Part shown: in pieces, positions 44,137-53,800 of the stretch
Layout: every line of letters begins with the position of its first letter
Numbering within the stretch: position 1 is the first letter of the stretch
NCBI GenBank assembly: GCA_045648205.1
Contig: JAZRNM010000030.1
Span: 84,501-148,500, forward strand
Origin: Clostridia bacterium
Lineage (GTDB): Bacteria; Bacillota; Clostridia; Monoglobales; Monoglobaceae
DNA length: 64,000 nt
Direction of reading: 5' to 3'
Program-made: the position numbers and the translations under genes
Notes under the pieces: generated by a model
The model's database searches: none
What the model was told of the DNA's origin: nothing
The model's input: only the letters and a program-made list of their open reading frames with translations

Positions 44137-44806
44137 ATTCACCTCACGCCCCATATTTGGTTTCACCCTTTGCATAATCGCATACTGCATCGGTGTTTTA
44201 GCCAAACGGAAGTTTAATTACCCGGTCATCAACCCCGTAGTCATCGGCTCACTTTTGATAATTGCAGTTCTCACTGTTTTCAAAATACCCCTTGAAAACT
44301 TTATGACGGGTGGTAGCTTCATTTCAATGCTCCTTGCACCTGCAACAGCGGTGCTGGCTCTCTCAATGTATCGTCAGATAAAAACAATCAAAGCAAACCT
44401 CATTCCCATATTGGTGGGTTGCATCGTTGGGGTTCTCTCTGCAGTCGGAAGTATTTTGGTTTTGTGCAAAATCTTTGGCATATCAGACGAGCTGACCGCC
44501 AGCATAATTCCAAAGTCAATCACCACCGCCATCGCAGTTGAGCTTTCTGCACAGCTGGGCGGAATTCCACCCATAACAGTTGCCGCGGTAACTGTCACAG
44601 GAGTTTTCGGAACTATTCTTTCTCCCTATTTCATCAAGTGGTTCCGCCTTAACAACTCAATTGCTGCAGGCCTTTCAATCGGAGCCTCCTGCCACGCATT
44701 GGGCACAACAAAAGCCATTGAGCTTGGCGAAGTGGAAGGGTCGATGAGCGGCATCGCCGTTGGCCTTTGCGGACTTCTGACTGTTCTTTTAACAGTTTTT
44801 CTTTAA
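44126..44806 (+). CDS. lrgB: LrgB family protein
   Basis: 226 aa, multi-TM, with LrgB-like motifs (IPKSITTAIA, GASCHALGT). Confidence 0.85.
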   Translation: MLNEFTSRPIFGFTLCIIAYCIGVLAKRKFNYPVINPVVIGSLLIIAVLTVFKIPLENFMTGGSFISMLLAPATAVLALSMYRQIKTIKANLIPILVGCIVGVLSAVGSILVLCKIFGISDELTASIIPKSITTAIAVELSAQLGGIPPITVAAVTVTGVFGTILSPYFIKWFRLNNSIAAGLSIGASCHALGTTKAIELGEVEGSMSGIAVGLCGLLTVLLTVFL

Positions 44807-44812
44807 TCAAAA

Positions 44813-44840
44813 AAAGGGGGCTTCAAGCCCCCTTTATTTT
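44813..44840. terminator. Bidirectional terminator
   Basis: AAAGGGGGC-ttcaa-GCCCCCTTT sits between an A-run and a T-run. Confidence 0.85.
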
Positions 44841-44843
44841 TTA

Positions 44844-45380
44844 TCAATCTTCTATTTGTGGTTCTCTTATAATTCTTTTATCGGTAAACACATCTGTTTC
44901 ATCAGTGCTGCGTGTTGAAAATTCAGAAATTATAGCACCATCTTCACCTGCCTGAAACCAATGTAATGTTTCGGGCATAATTGTATACTGTTCACCCGGA
45001 TTCAGAATAACTTCATGAAATACACTAACATCTGTTTCTGGTATTTTTGCCTTAACATCTGCTTCTTTACCCTCACCGGAAACATAAAGAAAAACCTTGC
45101 CGCATCTGCATCTGAAGGTTTCTTCCTTGCCTTCCATGCCATCAGTTGGAACATGCTTATGTTCAGGACAAGTCTGACCGGGAGTCAACACCATTTCCTT
45201 TGCACATACTTTTTCTGTGTTTATGTAGGTTAAAAGCTGAAGTCCAACTTCTTCAATTTTTCCCAATCCAAAATCGCACACTTCAATATTTTTCTTCTCA
45301 TTCTCGGTTAAAACAATATTGGCTTTTTCGTAAAACTCCAATGCCTTGCTTACTCTGATTTCAATATCTTTTCTTTTCAT
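44844..45380 (-). CDS. D-lyxose/D-mannose family sugar isomerase (cupin)
   Basis: About 178 aa from ATG 45380, with GGAG 9 nt upstream. It carries a cupin metal motif (TCPEHKH) and a YdaE-like sequence. Confidence 0.75.
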   Translation of the reverse strand: MKRKDIEIRVSKALEFYEKANIVLTENEKKNIEVCDFGLGKIEEVGLQLLTYINTEKVCAKEMVLTPGQTCPEHKHVPTDGMEGKEETFRCRCGKVFLYVSGEGKEADVKAKIPETDVSVFHEVILNPGEQYTIMPETLHWFQAGEDGAIISEFSTRSTDETDVFTDKRIIREPQIED

Positions 45381-45498
45381 AAACAAAATCTCCTGTTCTT
45401 AATTAATCATATTTTTAATAACTTTTATTGTTAAAAAATGTTTACTATGCCATATCACAAAAACAATGATGCTCAGGCTGAACCCTCATTCAATCATC

Positions 45499-47937
45499 CT
45501 ATATTTTTTTGGGATTGTTAAGCATATCACACTCTGTCATAGTGCCATTTTTATACACAAATGTTTTTACCTCAAAGGGTGAGAAATCAATTTTGCCCTG
45601 CCAGTCAAACACTTTAAGCTCAGCTGTTTCATCATTATCATTTGAATTATATAAGCGAATAGAATATCCGTCTTTAATTTGGCTTAAGCTTGTCATAATA
45701 ACATTTTGGTTTTCAAGTGTTGCTATGTTTTCAGGTTTTTCTCCATCTCCACAAGGGAAGAAAGACAGCGCTTCCGGCATCATATTATAGCTTTGAGCCA
45801 TTCTTTCTATGGGGAGATTTTCTCCGCATACTATACGGAATTCAATTTCACGTTCTCCAACATCTATGTGCTCGCTGTATCTGTCATCTTCGCACAATTG
45901 TCTTTCCTCTATGGGGAAGGCAGAATAAACAGGTGTGCGAAGCAAAGAAAGTTGAATTTCTCCATTCTTCGATGATCCCGCATATGTTCCTTTATTTAAG
46001 ATAAACACATCATCAATCCCGCACCACTGTTGGAACGAAACTTCTCTTTCATCTTTTTCAAGTTTTCTGACACCAAAGGCGGTCTGTCCAATGAAGTCTC
46101 CCATTTTCTTTGTGTCAATTGCAAACTTGAACATTCTGTTCACATCATTAACAAGCATTTTAATCTTCACGTCTACACAGTCAATATTTTTAGGGATTGT
46201 ATATGTTATAACAGCAATTGTCCCTTCATATTTATAAAATGCCTGCACCTTGCATTGAGCTTCTCCATTTTCAACAACACGAACATTCGAGCATTTTGAC
46301 TCAGGATAACCACAGAATATGTTTGCATCCTTATCGGACATCAACTCCATTTCGCCTATCTTGTCAGCGAATCTGTCAACAGTCATTCCCCACGGATCCT
46401 CGTTGTCTCTCATTACATAAATTCTGCCCAGGTTTTCAAGTTGAACTTCTCCGTTTTTGTCCACTTTTGTGACAAGACCGGTTTTCTTACTGATTTTAAC
46501 TGTCCCAAAATCAGTATTAACCAATACAAATTCACTTGTTTCTTCACATTTTTCAATCCTGTCTGTATCTTTCAAAACAAAAAGCTTTGCATCAAATCTG
46601 TTCATCGAACAAGGCTTGAGTTCCGCCGTAAACACAACTTTTTTACGCCAGTCAAGACTCATTGTGCATTCCGGCTTTTCATTCTGAGTAGGGAGCTCAT
46701 TTCCATTTTCATCATACACCTTGGCAAAGGTATATTCACCTTCATTCCAGTTCTGATTTGAAAGATTAAACTCAAATGTAATATTTTCCTTAACCGGATA
46801 CGGATGCGGATTATACACCATTACAGGAATTTCTCCGTCAACGGCTTTTTTCTGTCCTGAACAAAGTTTTATAAACGCTCTCGTTATAAGCTTATCCGCA
46901 ACAGTAATTCCGTAATTAAGTCTTGCAATTTCCTGTTCTTCTGCAGTTCTTATCATAGAGCCGGGAAGAATATCATGAAACTCTGAAAACATCAATGCTT
47001 TTTCCGCTTCCTTAAGTTCATCTTCTGCCAATCCGGCATGTGCCATCATTATTTTGCAAGCATCAATTTTGCTTTCAAGCTTCCTGTGAAGCTGCTTTAT
47101 TCTTATCATACTGGTGTAACAACCAACCATGCAATGGCAAAGAGAATCGTCTATAACTTCAAGACTATCTTTATCTATCTCTTTAAAGAATGAATCCGGG
47201 TCGGAATGGCAGATTTCAATATTTTCCGTTTCCTCTATCAGCTTTGCAATTCCTTCAATATCAGGAACAGATGCCCCTCCGCCATGGTTTCCAATTCCCC
47301 ATGTTTTAAGTCCTATCTCCGCAATGTTCTTTTCCGGTTCGTTTTCATTCATACAGTTTTGTATGTATCCTTTTATCTGACTTACAGCCTCACCTTTAAG
47401 AGTGTTATAACCGCCATAGATGCAATGTGCGATTACTTCGCTGTCATCATAACCCTTCCACTTAAAAAGAGTGTTTTCCTTAGCGGCACGCATAAAGATA
47501 TAATTTTTATAGCCTGTTTTTGCAAGAATTTGAACAAGACCTCTTGTATGTCCAAACGGGTCAAAATTTACTGCTGTCTCGGGCAAAACATCAAACTTTT
47601 CCTTGAAATATTCTCTGCCCGTTTTTATCTGTCTTATAAAGGACTCTCCGTTTGGAAGATTACAATCAGGCTGGAGATACCAACCGCCAATTATTTTCCA
47701 GGAACCTTTTTTTACAAGCTTTCTTATCCTTTCAAAAAGCATAGGTTCATACTCTTCAATCCACTCGTAAAGAAGTGCTTCATTATGGCAAAATACAAAA
47801 CCTTCATACCTTTCGCAAAAATCTGCCGCCGTTCTAAACGTGGATATTGCCTCTGCGGCACCCTCATTCCAAGTCCAGAGCCACACAGGGTCTAAATGTG
47901 CATTGCAAATTAAATGCAGTTTCTTTTTCACAGTCAT
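45499..47937 (-). CDS. Glycoside hydrolase family 38 (alpha-mannosidase)
   Basis: 812 aa. The N-terminus HLICNAHLDPVWLW and the overall architecture are typical of GH38. Confidence 0.85.
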   Translation of the reverse strand: MTVKKKLHLICNAHLDPVWLWTWNEGAAEAISTFRTAADFCERYEGFVFCHNEALLYEWIEEYEPMLFERIRKLVKKGSWKIIGGWYLQPDCNLPNGESFIRQIKTGREYFKEKFDVLPETAVNFDPFGHTRGLVQILAKTGYKNYIFMRAAKENTLFKWKGYDDSEVIAHCIYGGYNTLKGEAVSQIKGYIQNCMNENEPEKNIAEIGLKTWGIGNHGGGASVPDIEGIAKLIEETENIEICHSDPDSFFKEIDKDSLEVIDDSLCHCMVGCYTSMIRIKQLHRKLESKIDACKIMMAHAGLAEDELKEAEKALMFSEFHDILPGSMIRTAEEQEIARLNYGITVADKLITRAFIKLCSGQKKAVDGEIPVMVYNPHPYPVKENITFEFNLSNQNWNEGEYTFAKVYDENGNELPTQNEKPECTMSLDWRKKVVFTAELKPCSMNRFDAKLFVLKDTDRIEKCEETSEFVLVNTDFGTVKISKKTGLVTKVDKNGEVQLENLGRIYVMRDNEDPWGMTVDRFADKIGEMELMSDKDANIFCGYPESKCSNVRVVENGEAQCKVQAFYKYEGTIAVITYTIPKNIDCVDVKIKMLVNDVNRMFKFAIDTKKMGDFIGQTAFGVRKLEKDEREVSFQQWCGIDDVFILNKGTYAGSSKNGEIQLSLLRTPVYSAFPIEERQLCEDDRYSEHIDVGEREIEFRIVCGENLPIERMAQSYNMMPEALSFFPCGDGEKPENIATLENQNVIMTSLSQIKDGYSIRLYNSNDNDETAELKVFDWQGKIDFSPFEVKTFVYKNGTMTECDMLNNPKKI

Positions 47938-48155
47938 CTCTCCTCGCCTTATAATCTCTTAGTCTTCTTATAGTATACAACAGTTAAACCTTCTTAGTCA
48001 AGCATAAAAACCTATTCACAAAATTTAATTTCAATTTATTTCAAAAACAGATTGACAGTTTAGTGTTTGCAATGTTAAAATTGCTTTGTTGCATACATAC
48101 CATTTCTGAATTTATAAAAGAATATGCAAAAAATATAGCTTAAGTGAGGCTTGTT

Positions 48156-49193
48156 ATGAAAAACGATTTTGGATACACCGCGGGTAAAGCGGTAAAAGCT
48201 TTTGAAATGGATGGATACTACGTTTGGGATTGCTCAGTTATATATGCAAAAGGGAAATATCATATGTTCTCTTCCCGTTGGAAAAGAGAATATGGTTTTG
48301 GGTCATGGCTCTTCAACAGCGAGATAATCCACTCCGTGTCTGACACCCCTGAAGGTCCGTACACTTTTAAAAATGTTGTTTTAAAACGCAGAGGTCGTGA
48401 GTTTTTCGATGGCATGAACACCCACAACACATGCATAAAAGAATATAATGGGAAGTTTTATCTTTACTATATGGGAACAACTTATGGCGGGCCAATCCCG
48501 GAAACTCCCGAGGCATCAGTTGAACCTCTTTATTTTTTTGAAACGTGGAACAGAAAAAGAATAGGTTTAGCTGTTGCAGATGATATTGATGGTGAATTTG
48601 TAAGACTCGACGAACCACTGCTTTTGCCCCGCGATTGTTCTAAATGGGACTGCACCTGCACAACAAACCCATCTGTTGTTATTTTGCCGAGCGGAAAAAC
48701 ATATATGATATATAAATCCCGAAGCGGTCACGATATGCCTTTAAAATTAGGAATCGCCACCGCTCCCACACCTGACGGAAAATTCGAGAGACTCTGTGAT
48801 ACACCAATTCTTAATTTCGACGATGAAAACAAACATATTGAAGACCCGTTTTTGTGGTATGACAAAAAAAGAGAAAAATTCTGTATGATTACCAAAGATG
48901 ACGCGAAGAACAACTCCTATGGAATAACAGGAGAATGGGGTGCAGGATTCTTTGCTGAAAGTGACAACTGCATCGATTTCACCATCGGACAAAACCCGAA
49001 GGTGTATTCAAGAACAGTTACATGGTCTGACGGCAAAAAAGAAACACTCGGAAATCTTGAAAGACCCTCTCTGCTGTTTAACGAAAATGGTGACCCGACT
49101 CACATCTTTTTAGCTGCAGGAAAAGGAAATAAGCCTTACGATTTTGACGAAGGAACATTTATTGTTTGTATTGAATTAAAAAATAATCAATAG
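48156..49193 (+). CDS. Five-bladed beta-propeller glycoside hydrolase (GH43/GH130-like)
   Basis: About 345 aa from ATG 48156. It shows repeated propeller-blade signatures (YHMFSSRW, FYLYYMG, GLAVADD, IEDPFLWYD, LERPSLLF). The family assignment is tentative. Confidence 0.55.
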   Translation: MKNDFGYTAGKAVKAFEMDGYYVWDCSVIYAKGKYHMFSSRWKREYGFGSWLFNSEIIHSVSDTPEGPYTFKNVVLKRRGREFFDGMNTHNTCIKEYNGKFYLYYMGTTYGGPIPETPEASVEPLYFFETWNRKRIGLAVADDIDGEFVRLDEPLLLPRDCSKWDCTCTTNPSVVILPSGKTYMIYKSRSGHDMPLKLGIATAPTPDGKFERLCDTPILNFDDENKHIEDPFLWYDKKREKFCMITKDDAKNNSYGITGEWGAGFFAESDNCIDFTIGQNPKVYSRTVTWSDGKKETLGNLERPSLLFNENGDPTHIFLAAGKGNKPYDFDEGTFIVCIELKNNQ

Positions 49194-49302
49194 TATAACA
49201 TCACAAAACAAGGGGTCGGTTCTTCCTACCACCTTAAAGCAAAAACGAGAACAAAAGGCGTCTTCACATAGGGAGAAATCAATTTTGATACAAAATTAAA
49301 GT

Positions 49303-49337
49303 AAAGCCTTGAAATGCTTAGCATTTCAAGGCTTTTT
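49303..49337 (+). terminator. Intrinsic terminator
   Basis: A 15-bp stem pairs AAAGCCTTGAAATGC with GCATTTCAAGGCTTT around a TTA loop, followed by TT. Confidence 0.8.
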
Positions 49338-49512
49338 GTTTGTTATTCAAAATGACGCTGTCACTTGAAACAAAGGATTTTGGATGTTGGACAAGTAAAA
49401 AACGCAGGTAATCCTTGGTGGCTTGCCGAGTATTTTTGCGAAGTACAACGCCAAAATGCAAAGTTTCAAGTTGTTTTATCCCTATGTGAAGATGCCTAAT
49501 GTTCTCGTTTTT

Positions 49513-50034
49513 TTATTTTCTGATATACTTCCTCAATCCCAAATATATGAGTGTAGCAAGAATTATTGCGCCCAAAATATCTGTTGGAAAATGCACAAAA
49601 AGATACACCCGCGAAACCGCTATAAGTGTTGCCAGAACAAATGCAAAAATTCCAATTCGTTTGTCTGCTCTCATCATCACAAATGCGGCTATAAAAGACG
49701 AAAGGGTGTGACCTGATGGAAACGAAAAGTCCATAGGCATTTCAACCAGCATATGAACGTTTTCAACCAACCAGCAAGGTCTCGGTCTTGCAATAATATT
49801 TTTCAAAATAAGATTCCCAAACAAAAGTCCCAGCAAAAGCCCGATTCCCACAAAAGCACCGCATCGTCTGTATTTTTTTGTGGCAAGCATCACGAGAGCC
49901 GCAACAATCCAAATCGCCCCACCGTTTCCAAGTCGGGAAACCGTGGCCATAAAAAAATCCATAAAATCGGATTTCAACCAATTCTGCATCCAAAGCAGAA
50001 TTCCAATTTCAAAATTTTCTGTACCAAACAGCAT
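49513..50034 (-). CDS. PAP2 family phosphatase (undecaprenyl-diphosphatase-like)
   Basis: 173 aa membrane protein with the PAP2 motifs PSGH and SRVYLFVHFPTD. Confidence 0.8.
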   Translation of the reverse strand: MLFGTENFEIGILLWMQNWLKSDFMDFFMATVSRLGNGGAIWIVAALVMLATKKYRRCGAFVGIGLLLGLLFGNLILKNIIARPRPCWLVENVHMLVEMPMDFSFPSGHTLSSFIAAFVMMRADKRIGIFAFVLATLIAVSRVYLFVHFPTDILGAIILATLIYLGLRKYIRK

Positions 50035-50056
50035 ATAGCCACCTCATTTAATCAAA

Positions 50057-50533
50057 TCACACAAGGACAGAAAGAACTCCCGTAGTCACAAGTGCCACAA
50101 TAATCCCGGCAGTCACAACTCCAAGCAAAATCGCCGGAACTGCGTCTTTCAGCCGCATTTCCATCATAGCGGCAACCAAAGCTCCTGTCCAAGCCCCAGT
50201 TCCCGGAAGAGGGATGGCAACCAGAATACAAAGTCCCCAGAATTTATATTTATTAACAGTGGCTCTGTGCTTTTCAGCCTTTGCCTCAAATCGTGTAACA
50301 AGTGCATCAAGCTTTGGACTGATTCTTCTCATCCATTCAAAAATTTTGCGGATGAATATGATAATAAACGGAACAGGAACCATATTCCCGATTATGGAAA
50401 CAACAATTGCAACCCACAAATCAAGACCTGCGGCAGTGGCAATGGGAATTGCTCCTCTCAGCTCCAGCACGGGAATCATTGATATAAAAAATGTGCTGAC
50501 AATCTTTCCAAAAAATGTTCCAAAAAAGTCCAT
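50057..50533 (-). CDS. Small multidrug export protein family (COG2426) membrane protein
   Basis: 158 aa with four or five TM segments and the motif PVLELRGAIP. Confidence 0.65.
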   Translation of the reverse strand: MDFFGTFFGKIVSTFFISMIPVLELRGAIPIATAAGLDLWVAIVVSIIGNMVPVPFIIIFIRKIFEWMRRISPKLDALVTRFEAKAEKHRATVNKYKFWGLCILVAIPLPGTGAWTGALVAAMMEMRLKDAVPAILLGVVTAGIIVALVTTGVLSVLV

Positions 50534-50603
50534 TTGTAATTTCTCCCCATCTTCACAAAACTTATGTTAAGTATACCTTCTTTTCGAGGGCTTGTCAACG
50601 TTA

Positions 50604-51554
50604 TTATTCCCGAAAAACAACCTCTGCCCCGCACTTAGCCGCAAGAGCCTGTCCTTCATCTCTTCCAAGAACAAAGCAGGCGGTTGCAAGGCAATCCCCA
50701 TATAACGCACTGTCAGAAATCACCGTCACGCTGCTGTAATCCCTCTTTACGGGTTTTCCAGTTTGGGGGTCAATTATGTGATGATATCGCGCTCCGTCTT
50801 TTTCAAAATATCGTTGATATGTCCCGCTGGTGACAACTGCCCCTGACTCTATTTCAATTATCTCGTCATATTCTCCGGTGGGTGCAAAAGGCTTTTGAAT
50901 TCCAATCCGCCACTTCCCATCATCAGTTTCAGGATTTTTACCCACGGCGGTAATATTTCCTCCAAGGTCAACAATCGCCCCTGAAACTCCAAACTCTTTC
51001 AATATTTCAATTGCCACATCTCCGGCATATCCCTTGACTGCACCGCCAAGGTCAATCTTTGTTTGAGAGTGCGCCTTTGTGATTTTGTTTCCATTAACCA
51101 AGATCCCGCCATTTGCTGCAAGCTCCAAAGCCTCTCCGATTTCCGCATCAGATGGAATTCGTCCTTCACCCGAAAAGTCCCACAATGCCACAACAGGTGC
51201 AATAGAAACATCAAAAGCCCCGTCTGACAAAGCCCTGACTTCTTCTGCCGCCGCCAAAATTTTGGCAACATCCTGGGAGACCTCAACCTCAATCTCAGCA
51301 TTTGCTGAATTTATTTTTGAAACATCAGAGCTATCCGAGAAAAAATCGGTTTTTTTGTGTATCTCGGCTAGTCTTTCAACAACTCTTTCAACAGCATCTT
51401 CCGAATTCTTGCCATAAGCTCTCACCGAGCACATTGTGTCAAACAGAAACACCGTCTTCTCGGTCATATTATTTTCACCTTGTTGCCCCAGATAAAGACC
51501 TGCAACCATTGTCACAACAAGCAGTATTGCAAATCCCCAACCAAGTTTTCGCAT
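50604..51554 (-). CDS. apbE: FAD:protein FMN transferase (ApbE family)
   Basis: 316 aa with an N-terminal TM/lipoprotein-like anchor and ApbE motifs (DLGGAVKGYA, VVTSGTYQRYF, YHHIIDPQTG). Confidence 0.85.
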   Translation of the reverse strand: MRKLGWGFAILLVVTMVAGLYLGQQGENNMTEKTVFLFDTMCSVRAYGKNSEDAVERVVERLAEIHKKTDFFSDSSDVSKINSANAEIEVEVSQDVAKILAAAEEVRALSDGAFDVSIAPVVALWDFSGEGRIPSDAEIGEALELAANGGILVNGNKITKAHSQTKIDLGGAVKGYAGDVAIEILKEFGVSGAIVDLGGNITAVGKNPETDDGKWRIGIQKPFAPTGEYDEIIEIESGAVVTSGTYQRYFEKDGARYHHIIDPQTGKPVKRDYSSVTVISDSALYGDCLATACFVLGRDEGQALAAKCGAEVVFRE

Positions 51555-51576
51555 AAAGCCACTCCTTCAGAATTTA

Positions 51577-52104
51577 TCAAAAGCCACTCTTTTTGTATCT
51601 CAGCAGTGCAACAGCAGAGGATATCATATTGATTACCTCGCAAATAAGGCCACCCAAAGAGAAATTGAATATATTATGTATTATCCAGGCAGGGGACATA
51701 TATGCTATCTGTGAAATTCTTATGTGCTTTCCATTTCCCTTCCACATACAAATGCTCATAAACACAAGAGCAACAAATGGCAATGCCCCGAGAAGAACCT
51801 GAAAGTAATTTCCCTTGCACAAAACAACCGAAACTGCAAAGCAGGCTGTATACAGAACTTCTGTCACAATCAGCTTCCACAGTTTTTGTCTGTTTTTTGA
51901 AAACAGCATACCCCTGACAAAATTCGTCAGGTTGAAAAGCGCTCCCGCTAAAGCCCCAATCATTATGAAATTCAAAAAGAAAAACAAACTGCCAAGTCCC
52001 TGCAGAGCAAAAAACTTTTTGTTCTCCTTGAACTGGAATGATGAAACAATAACAATCAGCCCCAAAATTCCGAACCCTTGTGCTATTATCTGTGCTTTAT
52101 CCAT
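51577..52104 (-). CDS. YgjV family inner membrane protein
   Basis: 175 aa with five or six TM segments and a YgjV-like repeat pattern. Confidence 0.6.
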   Translation of the reverse strand: MDKAQIIAQGFGILGLIVIVSSFQFKENKKFFALQGLGSLFFFLNFIMIGALAGALFNLTNFVRGMLFSKNRQKLWKLIVTEVLYTACFAVSVVLCKGNYFQVLLGALPFVALVFMSICMWKGNGKHIRISQIAYMSPAWIIHNIFNFSLGGLICEVINMISSAVALLRYKKSGF

Positions 52105-52246
52105 ACCTGCCTCCTTTTATTTTTATAAATCGCTTAAATTATCACAATCCATTTTACCACAAATATATTTTCCCGTCAATCCGCTTTACTTTTCATAAAG
52201 TTTATGGTATAATTTTGTTATCTGTATATAATTAGGAAGTGATTAG

Positions 52247-53800
52247 TTGAAAAACAACTCACAGGTCAAAACTGTCCGCATAATCAGTTTTATGGCTATC
52301 ATAACATTTTGCGCAAAGCTGATGGGACTTTTGAGAGAAAACCTCATTGTCAGCGTATATGGCAGAAGCTATGCCTCTGACGTTTTGAACACCGCAACAC
52401 AAATACCGCTTTTGTTTTTTGATATGACGTTGGGTGTTGCAATTCTTTCAACCTTTGTTCCCATATTCAATAAATACCTCGAACGCGAAAACAAAGAACG
52501 TGCAATGGAGTTTGCAAACAACTTTATGACCATCGTGGTAAGCCTCGCAAGTGTTGCCGCAATTTTGGGAATGGTGTTTGCAGAGCCCATTGTCCGTCTT
52601 ATGGTTCCGGGCTACGGCCCTGAAAAGGTTGCAGAAACCGTGAAACTCCTTAGAATTTTGTTTCCGTCGATTGTTTTCACAGCAGCTGCATACACCTCGG
52701 TCGGAATTCTCCAGTCCTTTGGCGAATTTAATATCCCGGCGCTCATCAGCGTGGTGTCAAACCTGATAATGATTTTGTACCTCATCATTTTTGGCAACAA
52801 ATTCGGTCTTTCAGGCGTCATAATTTCAATGCTCATCGCATGGGCATCACAGCTTCTCATTCAAATCCCGCATCTTGGGAAAAAGGGTTATGCCTACAAA
52901 CCCCGCTTCAATTTGAAAGATGAAGGTCTTCTTGATGCAGTGAAGCTTGCAATCCCCGTGCTGATAAGCTCCTGGGTTCAACCCCTCTGCACCGTCATCA
53001 ATATGTCTTTCAGCTCATCAATGGGAGACGGCGCGGTAACGGCTCTTAACCTTGCAAACAAGATTTATATAATAATGGTGGGCGTTTTTGCATATGCCAT
53101 CACCAATTTCATATTCCCAAAACTGTCAAGACTCAGCGCAGGTGAAAAAAATGAGGATTTCGCCGAAACCACAAGGGTATCACTTGGTTGGGCAATATTA
53201 ATCATTTCATACATTTCCGCAATGTTCATTGCCCTTTCAGAACCAATAATCAAAGTGGTTTTTGAATATGGAGCATTTGGCTCAAAGGACACACATGTCA
53301 CCGCATCTGCTCTGTTTTATTATTCCTTTGGTATGATAGGCTATGCCATTTGCGAAACTTTGAACAAAAGCTTTTATGCAATCCGGGACGGAAAAACACC
53401 AATGTTCACCTCCGTCTTTGGAATTGTGGTGAATTTTGCCGCAGCATTTGTCTTTGTTGCCGTTTTCAAAATGGAAATACGCGGTCTGGCTCTGGCAAGC
53501 GCCGTAAGTTCGTTGGCTATGTCACCTGTTCTTCTGTTTATGATTAACAAGCGCAAGCCTGGCACAGTAACATTCACATTTTTGATAAGCTACATCAAAA
53601 CCATTATAGGCGCAATCCTCTGTGGATTTTTGGGCGGATGGTTATATGAAAGTCTGAACATCCTGGAGGGCGGAGTTTTTCTCACCCTTTTGCGAGCAGG
53701 GATTTCAGCACTATTTGCACTTTTGGTATATATCATATGCGGCTTTATATTAAAGGTTGAGCAATTTGGTCAAATCAGGAGGTCAGGTCATGAAAAGTAA
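52247..53800 (+). CDS. murJ: MurJ/MviN family lipid-linked glycan flippase
   Basis: 517 aa of the MOP superfamily, with the N-terminus AKLMGLLRENLIVSVYG typical of MurJ. The substrate (lipid II or a wall polymer) cannot be decided from sequence. Confidence 0.75.
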   Translation: MKNNSQVKTVRIISFMAIITFCAKLMGLLRENLIVSVYGRSYASDVLNTATQIPLLFFDMTLGVAILSTFVPIFNKYLERENKERAMEFANNFMTIVVSLASVAAILGMVFAEPIVRLMVPGYGPEKVAETVKLLRILFPSIVFTAAAYTSVGILQSFGEFNIPALISVVSNLIMILYLIIFGNKFGLSGVIISMLIAWASQLLIQIPHLGKKGYAYKPRFNLKDEGLLDAVKLAIPVLISSWVQPLCTVINMSFSSSMGDGAVTALNLANKIYIIMVGVFAYAITNFIFPKLSRLSAGEKNEDFAETTRVSLGWAILIISYISAMFIALSEPIIKVVFEYGAFGSKDTHVTASALFYYSFGMIGYAICETLNKSFYAIRDGKTPMFTSVFGIVVNFAAAFVFVAVFKMEIRGLALASAVSSLAMSPVLLFMINKRKPGTVTFTFLISYIKTIIGAILCGFLGGWLYESLNILEGGVFLTLLRAGISALFALLVYIICGFILKVEQFGQIRRSGHEK

